A stretch of DNA of 32,000 bases from a bacterium (GTDB lineage: Bacteria; UBP7; UBA6624; JBBIMK01): positions 37,497-69,496 of the forward strand of contig JBBIMK010000008.1 of the NCBI GenBank assembly GCA_037444445.1, in the 5' to 3' direction. Shown here one piece after another: positions 7,346 to 13,359 of the stretch. The notes below the pieces were generated by a model, which was not told where the DNA came from, made no database searches, and saw only the letters and a program-made list of their open reading frames with translations. A program made the position numbers and the translations under genes. The number at the start of each line of letters is the position of its first letter. Position 1 is the stretch's first letter.

Positions 7346-10300
7346 ATGATTGAACGACTAATAGACTGGTCTGCACGGAATAAATTCCTCGTTCTTCTCG
7401 CCACCTTCTTTGCCATTCTCGGAGGTATCTGGGCGATTAAGAACACTCCGCTGGATGCCATCCCCGACCTCTCCGATGTTCAGGTCATCATCTACACCGA
7501 ATGGATGGGAAGAAATCCCAGAATCATAGAGGACCAGATTACCTATCCCATTTCCACCACTATGCTCTCTGCGCCGAAAGTGAAGGCGGTTCGGGGCATT
7601 TCTGCCTTCGGCTTCTCCTTCATCTATGTCATCTTTCAGGATGGAACGGACATCTACTGGGCGAGGACTCGTGTTCTGGAATATCTGGAAAAAATCAAAG
7701 GGCGTCTCCCGCCCGGCATCACGCCAATCCTCTCCCCGGATGCCACGGGAGTGGGCTGGGTTTATATTTATGCCCTCGCAGATAAAACCGGTCAGAACGA
7801 CCTGGCACAACTTCGGACCATCCAGGACTGGTATCTGAAGTACTATCTGGAAAGCCTGCCTGATGTGGCAGAGGTGGGCACCTTTGGAGGTTTTGTTCGG
7901 GAATATCAGGTGGAAGTTGACCCGAATAAACTTCTTGCCTTCGGCATCCCGTTGAAGATGGTGATGGATGGCATCCGAATGAGCAATCTGGAGGTGGGAG
8001 GTGGAGCCATTGAACTCGCCCAGACGGAATATATGGTGCGAGGGATAGGATATGTGCAAAAAGTGGAGGACCTGAAAAATATCCCTCTGGGCACCAATAT
8101 GATGGGCACGCCGATTTATCTCAAGGATGTGGCGAGAGTGACCCTGGGACCCGATATGAGGAGAGGAGCGGCGGACCTGAATGGAGAGGGCGATGTGGTG
8201 GGAGGCATCGTTGTGATGCGGTATGGAAAAAACGCCCTGCAGGTCATTAACCGGGTGAAGGTGGCGATAGAAGAGTTTCAGAAAACCCGACTCCCCCCCG
8301 GTGTTGAAATCATCCCCGTCTACGACCGTTCCAAACTCATTCTACAATCCATTGCTACCCTTCGCCGAACCCTGATTGAAGAGTCCATCATCGTGATTCT
8401 CGTGTGTCTCATCTTTCTCTTCAGCCTGAGAAGTTCCGGCGTGGTCATCGTCACTCTACCCATTGCCGTGATTCTTTCCTTCATCCCGATGATGTATCTA
8501 CGGCTGACCTCCAACATTATGTCGCTGGGCGGGATTGCCATCGCCATCGGAGCCATGGTTGATGCGGCTATCGTGATGATTGAAAATGTCCACAAGCGGC
8601 TGGAGCATTTTGCACTGGAACATCCTGACTGGGCTCTGACATCAGAGGGTAGAGCCCAGCGAAGTCAAATCCTGATTCACGCCATGCAGGAAGTGGGAAA
8701 ACCCCTCTTCTATTCCCTTCTGGTTATCACGGTCTCCTTCCTCCCGGTATTCACCTTAGAATATCAGGAGGGGAGGCTTTTCAAGCCATTAGCCTTCACG
8801 AAAACCTTCTCCATGTTTTTTGCCTCCTTTCTTTCCATCACCCTGGTGCCTGCCATCATGGGACTATTTATTGAGAAGAAGGTCATCCCGGAGAAGAGAA
8901 ATCCCATCAGCCGATTTCTTATCAGTCTGTATAATCCTGTTGCCCGTTTTGCACTGCGCTGGCGGTTCATCACCATCACCCTCGGTCTTATGGCAACTTT
9001 TCTCGCTTACCCTGCCTATAAAAAACTGGGGAGTGAATTTATGCCACCTCTCTATGAGGGTACCCTTCTATATATGCCAATGACCACACCGGGGATTTCT
9101 ATCTACGAATCCCGGCGGGTTCTGCAAATACAGGATAAACTCCTGAAGCAATTCCCTGAGGTTGACCAGGTGCTGGGGAAAGTGGGGAGAGCCACCACAC
9201 CCACGGACCCTGCTCCCCTGCCCATGGTAGAAACCGTAGTCTCTCTCAAACCTGAACACGAATGGAGGAAAGGGCTGACCTGGGAAAAACTCTTTGACGA
9301 GATGGATAAAGAAATTCAAATCCCCGGATTCGTGAATGTGATGACCATGCCCATCAAAAATCGGGTGGATATGATCACCACGGGGATACGAACACCCGTA
9401 GGAGTGAAGGTCTTCGGGCCGAAACTGGAGGAGGTTCAGGAGATAGCGGAAGAAATTGAACGCATCATTCCACAGGTGGAAGGCACGAGAAGCGCCATTG
9501 CCGAGCGCTCTTTAGGCGGGTTTTACTTGAACATCACCCCCAGGCGGGAAGCTCTGGCTCGCTACGAACTTTCCATTATGGATGTCCAGGATGTGATAGA
9601 AATGGCAATCGGTGGAACTGTCATCTCCACCACGATTGAGGGCCGAGAACGCTACCCCATCAATATCCGGTATCCGAGGGAACTTCGGCTCTCTCCAGCC
9701 CTCCTGAAAAGGGTATTGATTCAAACGCCTATGGGCTACTCCATCCCGATTTCGCAGGTGGCGGATATAGAACTCACTCAGGGTCCGGATATGATACGAA
9801 GTGAGCGGGGACAACTCACTGGCACAGTTTATGTTGATGTGGCTGGCCGGGACATTGGCTCCTATGTGGCGGAAGCCAAAAAACTGGTGGAAGAAAAAAT
9901 CAAACTCCCTCAGGGTTATTCCATCCTCTGGAGCGGGCAATACGAGTATATGCAGAGAGTTACAGAAAAGTTAAAATATATGATTCCCCTTACCCTTTTC
10001 ATCATCTTCCTGCTGATGTATCTCAACTTCGGCTCCGTGGGGAAGACTCTCGTAGTGATGCTTTCCATTCCCTTCGCTCTCACCGGGAGTATGCTGGGAA
10101 TATATTTGATGAATTATAATCTCAGCGTGGCGGTGTGGGTGGGAATCATTGCTCTCGCCGGCGTTGCCGCTGAAACCGGCGTGGTGATGCTGGTGTATAT
10201 TGATGAAGCCTATGAACGATACAAAAAACAGGGGATGATGCGCACCCGCCAGGACCTCTCTGATGCCATCATTGAGGGAGCAGTGCAAAGGGTTCGCCCC

Positions 10301-10513
10301 AAGATGATGACCGTAATGGCTGTCATGATGGGGCTGATTCCCATCCTGTGGAGCCACGGAGCAGGTGCGGATGTGATGCGGAGAATCGCCATGCCGATGA
10401 TTGGCGGTATGGTCACTTCTACCATTCTCACTCTCTTCATCATTCCTTCCATCTTTCACATCTGGAAATCTTTTGAACTCCCTAAACAGAAGCAAACTGG
10501 AGGTGAATCCTGA
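7346..10513 (+). CDS. cusA: Heavy-metal (Cu/Ag) efflux RND inner-membrane pump, CusA family
   Basis: 1055 aa with 12-TM RND architecture and strong resemblance throughout to CusA/SilA (MIERLIDWSARNKFLV..., GVGWVYIYAL, AIGAMVDAAIVMIENVHK). The motifs LLYMP, PLPMVET and VDMITTG correspond, from my memory of E. coli CusA, to the Met573/Met623/Met672 metal-binding triad. Confidence 0.95.
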   Translation: MIERLIDWSARNKFLVLLATFFAILGGIWAIKNTPLDAIPDLSDVQVIIYTEWMGRNPRIIEDQITYPISTTMLSAPKVKAVRGISAFGFSFIYVIFQDGTDIYWARTRVLEYLEKIKGRLPPGITPILSPDATGVGWVYIYALADKTGQNDLAQLRTIQDWYLKYYLESLPDVAEVGTFGGFVREYQVEVDPNKLLAFGIPLKMVMDGIRMSNLEVGGGAIELAQTEYMVRGIGYVQKVEDLKNIPLGTNMMGTPIYLKDVARVTLGPDMRRGAADLNGEGDVVGGIVVMRYGKNALQVINRVKVAIEEFQKTRLPPGVEIIPVYDRSKLILQSIATLRRTLIEESIIVILVCLIFLFSLRSSGVVIVTLPIAVILSFIPMMYLRLTSNIMSLGGIAIAIGAMVDAAIVMIENVHKRLEHFALEHPDWALTSEGRAQRSQILIHAMQEVGKPLFYSLLVITVSFLPVFTLEYQEGRLFKPLAFTKTFSMFFASFLSITLVPAIMGLFIEKKVIPEKRNPISRFLISLYNPVARFALRWRFITITLGLMATFLAYPAYKKLGSEFMPPLYEGTLLYMPMTTPGISIYESRRVLQIQDKLLKQFPEVDQVLGKVGRATTPTDPAPLPMVETVVSLKPEHEWRKGLTWEKLFDEMDKEIQIPGFVNVMTMPIKNRVDMITTGIRTPVGVKVFGPKLEEVQEIAEEIERIIPQVEGTRSAIAERSLGGFYLNITPRREALARYELSIMDVQDVIEMAIGGTVISTTIEGRERYPINIRYPRELRLSPALLKRVLIQTPMGYSIPISQVADIELTQGPDMIRSERGQLTGTVYVDVAGRDIGSYVAEAKKLVEEKIKLPQGYSILWSGQYEYMQRVTEKLKYMIPLTLFIIFLLMYLNFGSVGKTLVVMLSIPFALTGSMLGIYLMNYNLSVAVWVGIIALAGVAAETGVVMLVYIDEAYERYKKQGMMRTRQDLSDAIIEGAVQRVRPKMMTVMAVMMGLIPILWSHGAGADVMRRIAMPMIGGMVTSTILTLFIIPSIFHIWKSFELPKQKQTGGES

Positions 10514-10746
10514 TGAAATTTTTTGACCCTGTTTGCAACGTTTTCCTGGACACGCTGGACGAAGAGTTGCAGGCCCCTCACGGCAACCACATTCACTACT
10601 TCTGCTCTCCCACCTGCCGGAAAATCTATGAGGAAGCACTGGAATACGAGGAGACCATCCGAAATCCACTGGAGTTCCATGCCGGTGGCAGGGAAAAGGA
10701 GCCATACCTTTTCATCAAGAGGGTAGATACAGGGTATGAGGCGTAG
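10513..10746 (+). CDS. Small YHS/TRASH-like protein (degenerate motif DPVCN...HYFCSPTC)
   Basis: 77-aa ORF whose ATG overlaps the cusA stop (TGATG). Its pattern, DPVC-x23-YFCSxxC-xxxY, matches the YHS domain consensus (DPVCGM...YYFCSxxC...F), but the Gly-Met after the first Cys is missing. It has no signal peptide. Confidence 0.6.
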   Translation: MKFFDPVCNVFLDTLDEELQAPHGNHIHYFCSPTCRKIYEEALEYEETIRNPLEFHAGGREKEPYLFIKRVDTGYEA

Positions 10747-10779
10747 AAGAAAAAACTGAACACCTGGAGGTGAGAAAAT

Positions 10780-11268
10780 ATGAAACTTGTATGGGCGGTC
10801 ATTCGGGAAAATAGACTACGAGAAGTTCAAAAAGCCCTGCAAAAAGAAGGCTTTACCGGGGCAACCGTAGTCCATGTTTCCGGTATGGGGGAAGAAGATT
10901 CTCATCCTCCCCTCACCCTTTTTCCCCACATCAAAATGGAAATCATCACTTCGGATAACCTGGCAGAAAAAGCAGTGGAAACGATTATGAATGCTGCCTG
11001 GACGGGCTTGCCAGGAGACGGAGGGATTGCCATCTTACCGGTGGAGAAGGTCTGGAAAATCCGACATAAGGAACGACTCATCACTCTTTTGGAAAAAGTG
11101 ATTGACCCGGTTTGCAAAATGAAGATAGAGAAAATGAAAGCAGCGGGTAAGACAGAGTTTGCAGGAACCAGTTACTACTTCTGTTCTGAAATATGCCTGT
11201 TAAAATTCCAGGAGTCTCCGGAAAAATTTCTCCGGGCAAGCAAGAGCTCTAAAGTAAAGGAGGAATAA
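10780..11268 (+). CDS. PII (GlnB/GlnK)-like domain fused to a C-terminal YHS domain
   Basis: Residues 1-105 align by eye with PII (MKLVWAVIRENRLREVQKALQKEGFTGATVVHVSGMG...IKMEIITSD...AEKAVETIMNAAWTGLPGDGGIAILPVEKVWKIR). The T-loop is shortened and has no Tyr51 equivalent. The C-terminus, IDPVCKMKIEK...TSYYFCSEICLLKFQESPEKF, is a YHS domain. A strong SD (GGAGGTGA) is present. Confidence 0.8.
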   Translation: MKLVWAVIRENRLREVQKALQKEGFTGATVVHVSGMGEEDSHPPLTLFPHIKMEIITSDNLAEKAVETIMNAAWTGLPGDGGIAILPVEKVWKIRHKERLITLLEKVIDPVCKMKIEKMKAAGKTEFAGTSYYFCSEICLLKFQESPEKFLRASKSSKVKEE

Positions 11269-11270
11269 AT

Positions 11271-11564
11271 ATGAAATTGAATCCGGCAGGATTCGCAAGC
11301 GCTCTGGGGATAACCTCAGCCATCCTTTACTTTGTGTGCGGCATCCTTGCCGCGGTCACTCCTCAGTTTCTCCTCTACATTTTCAAGACCTGGTTCCACG
11401 GGATGAATCTGGATGCACTCGTCCCTGCTGACGGACACATTTTCAATCTGACTCTGTTCATCATCGGGCTTATCACCTTCACGGCTACCGGCTGGGGCAG
11501 TGGGTGGTTGGTGGCAATTATTTACAATTTGTGGCAAAAGAAAAGCCCGGAGAAAGGAGAGTGA
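11271..11564 (+). CDS. Small integral membrane protein (2-3 TM), function unknown
   Basis: 97-aa ORF starting 2 nt after the previous stop, with an SD (GGAGGA). Hydrophobic segments: ITSAILYFVCGILAAV and LTLFIIGLITFTATGWGSGWLVAIIY. Confidence 0.6.
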   Translation: MKLNPAGFASALGITSAILYFVCGILAAVTPQFLLYIFKTWFHGMNLDALVPADGHIFNLTLFIIGLITFTATGWGSGWLVAIIYNLWQKKSPEKGE

Positions 11565-11569
11565 TAGAG

Positions 11570-11779
11570 ATGGTAATGGAAATTGACCCCGTGTGCGGTA
11601 TGAGGGTGGATACACGGATTCCTGCTGCTAAATCTGAGCATGAAGGGATTACTTATTTCTTCTGCTCCGTTGGGTGCAAGGGCATCTTTGACCAGGACCC
11701 CGACAAATACAGCCGACTATACTGGAAGAAAAGAGGGATGGATAAACCTGAATCTCCGGAGGTGGAGACTGATGGTTGA
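11570..11779 (+). CDS. YHS domain protein (canonical DPVCGM...YFFCSxGC)
   Basis: MVMEIDPVCGMRVDTRIPAAKSEHEGITYFFCSVGCKGIFDQDPDKY. I chose the ATG at 11570 because the SD AAAGGAGAG lies about 9 nt upstream. The longer ORF from 11504 overlaps the preceding gene. Confidence 0.8.
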   Translation: MVMEIDPVCGMRVDTRIPAAKSEHEGITYFFCSVGCKGIFDQDPDKYSRLYWKKRGMDKPESPEVETDG

Positions 11780-11987
11780 GAAGGACCCGGTATGCGGGAT
11801 GCCGGTAGATACAAAACGGGCAGGCAGTAGCCTTTCCTTTCAGTATAACGGAAGGACCTACTACTTTTGCTCTCACTATTGCCGGGAGCATTTTGAAGCG
11901 GACCCGGAACGATATTACCGGGGAAGGCAGACAGAGATGATGGGCCCACATAAAGAATTCAGGGAAAAAGGAGGTGAAAATGAATGA
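11772..11987 (+). CDS. YHS domain protein (second tandem copy)
   Basis: MVEKDPVCGMPVDTKRAGSSLSFQYNGRTYYFCSHYCREHFEADPERYY. The ATG at 11772 is preceded by GGAGGTGGAG and overlaps the previous gene by 8 nt (ATGGTTGA). Confidence 0.8.
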   Translation: MVEKDPVCGMPVDTKRAGSSLSFQYNGRTYYFCSHYCREHFEADPERYYRGRQTEMMGPHKEFREKGGENE

Positions 11988-12481
11988 AGGGCCGAAATTC
12001 TCTTCACTGGATTCTGGCACTGGCGTTTACAGGGCTTTTTCTCGGTGTGGCAGACGATTCTTCCTCTACGCCTCATGATGAGGGGATGATGGGCGGGATG
12101 ATGCCTATGATGCAGATGTGCCACCAGATGATGTCCCGACAGATGTCGGGAATGGGCGGCGGTATGCATCATCCTATGATGGACATGATGGGGCATGAAC
12201 CGCAACCCATGACCCCCGAGGAGCGGGAAATCGCTAAAATGATGGCGGATGCAGAGGTGAAAGAAGCCCAGCTGCACCGAATGCTTCTGGAAGAGAATGT
12301 GAATCCGGATGCCCTGAAGGGAAAGATACGAGAGATTCATGACCTTCAGGTGGAAATCCAGTTCAGGGAAATCATGACCGCTCGTGCAAAAGCATCGGCT
12401 CAGAAACCTTCCGAAAAGGGAGAAAGCAAGAGTGAGCACGAGATGCATCACATGGGCGGCATGGGCAGGATGGGGAAATAA
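11984..12481 (+). CDS. Met/His-rich periplasmic protein with a Spy/CpxP/ZraP-like helical domain
   Basis: The signal peptide is WILALAFTGLFLGVA. A tract of about 45 aa follows, containing about 17 Met plus His (EGMMGGMMPMMQMCHQMMSRQMSGMGGGMHHPMMDMMGH). Next comes a helical region like periplasmic stress/metal-sensor chaperones (MTPEEREIAKMMADAEVKEAQLHRMLLEENVNPDALKGKIREIHDLQVEIQ). The tail is HEMHHMGGMGRMGK. The start overlaps the previous stop (ATGA). Confidence 0.75.
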   Translation: MKGRNSLHWILALAFTGLFLGVADDSSSTPHDEGMMGGMMPMMQMCHQMMSRQMSGMGGGMHHPMMDMMGHEPQPMTPEEREIAKMMADAEVKEAQLHRMLLEENVNPDALKGKIREIHDLQVEIQFREIMTARAKASAQKPSEKGESKSEHEMHHMGGMGRMGK

Positions 12482-12525
12482 CGGAGGGTGAAGAGGAGGA
12501 ATTGCCCCCTTCCATCAGGAATCGC

Positions 12526-12556
12526 GGGGGGTCCTCTACCTGCTCCGGGACCCCCC
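12526..12556 (+). terminator. GC-rich hairpin in the only sizeable intergenic gap of the module (possible attenuator or weak terminator)
   Basis: GGGGGGTCC (12526-12534) pairs with GGACCCCCC (12548-12556), giving a 9-bp stem and a 13-nt loop. No U-tract follows (CCGATTCCACTTT), so it is not a classical intrinsic terminator. Confidence 0.3.
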
Positions 12557-12583
12557 CCGATTCCACTTTAAGGAGGAATGCAT

Positions 12584-13270
12584 ATGCCTACATGCGCTGT
12601 GTGCTTGATGAAAGTCTCACGCGAGGTTAAATTTCGCACAGAAATTAAGAAGCGAACCTACTATTTTTGCAGTTCCCGCTGTCTGATGCAATTTCAGAAA
12701 ACTCCGGAAAAATATTCTCCTGTGCATATACGAACACCGGCATTTGTGGGAATTCCTTCCCGGGTTCATCTCAGCCAATCCGCCTTTACAGCATTGATTT
12801 TATCCGTGGCGGAGATATTCAAAAAAGAAGCCATGGGCTACCTTCTGGGAAATTGCAAGGGCGAAGTGGTGGAGATAGACCATGCGATACCCTTTCAAAC
12901 GGGTAAAAGAGGTTATACTTACAGTGCAGTTTCTCTCCGGCGGCTGGAGTGGGTTAGAGACCTGACAGAGCGCATCCATCCAGGATTGCAGTGGATTGGA
13001 GATTATCATTCTCACCCTCAGCATGGAAATGTCCTGCGTCTTCACCTTCCCAGCATTCTGGATGTGGAAGATATGGAACCCGGGTATGTTTATTTAGTCA
13101 TTTCAGTGAACGAAGTACAAGTTTGCTTACCCTGGCGCACGAGCAGGAAGAGGGGAACTCTCGCTGGAACTCTGGGAAAATTGCGGATGGAGATTGCGGG
13201 CTACTGTCTTGATAAAGAGCAAAATTTGCGCCGTTTAGAGGTGGATGCCCCCTGGTTGAAAAGAAAATAA
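12584..13270 (+). CDS. TRASH/YHS-type zinc-ribbon domain fused to a JAB/MPN+ (JAMM) metalloprotease domain
   Basis: The N-terminus MPTCAVCLMKV...RTYYFCSSRCLMQFQKTPEKY follows C-x2-C-x21-C-x3-C. The C-terminal domain has the JAMM signature elements: KKEAMGYLLG (Glu), IGDYHSHPQ (HxH) and PSILD (S-x2-D). Spacing between HxH and S is 12 residues, against the usual 7. The ATG at 12584 lies 7 nt after AAGGAGG. The ORF also opens at 12578. Confidence 0.75.
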   Translation: MPTCAVCLMKVSREVKFRTEIKKRTYYFCSSRCLMQFQKTPEKYSPVHIRTPAFVGIPSRVHLSQSAFTALILSVAEIFKKEAMGYLLGNCKGEVVEIDHAIPFQTGKRGYTYSAVSLRRLEWVRDLTERIHPGLQWIGDYHSHPQHGNVLRLHLPSILDVEDMEPGYVYLVISVNEVQVCLPWRTSRKRGTLAGTLGKLRMEIAGYCLDKEQNLRRLEVDAPWLKRK

Positions 13271-13359
13271 AAAAAGCCCTATTTCTTTATGCTTTTTTCA
13301 CGGTAGTCCAGCCAGCACTTCTATGGGCGCACGGGGCAGGGCATCTCTCCACAGAAGAA

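Noticed and set aside
10491-10513. Idea that the CusA C-terminal ...QTGGES (a Gly-Gly followed by two residues) is a substrate site for the neighbouring JAMM protease, by analogy with ThiS/MoaD-type tags.
   Set aside because: CusA is a polytopic RND pump, not a beta-grasp protein, and the cytochrome b copy of the motif has a single Gly. The similarity is better explained by the DNA-level repeat. This is pure speculation with no support.
7358-10705. Long minus-strand ORFs nested inside cusA (7358-8059, 233 aa; 9512-9940, 142 aa; 9971-10705, 244 aa) and several plus-strand off-frame ORFs.
   Set aside because: They lie fully antisense or off-frame within an unambiguous 1055-aa CusA. Their His/Arg/Gly/Pro-rich low-complexity compositions and lack of SD sites are typical of shadow ORFs of a purine-rich coding strand.
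11504-11771. Longer N-terminal extensions of the two tandem YHS ORFs (starts at 11504 and 11640 in the ORF track).
   Set aside because: The extensions overlap the preceding genes in another frame and lack SD sites. The internal ATGs at 11570 and 11772 are each preceded by a good SD and give the typical YHS protein size of about 70 aa.
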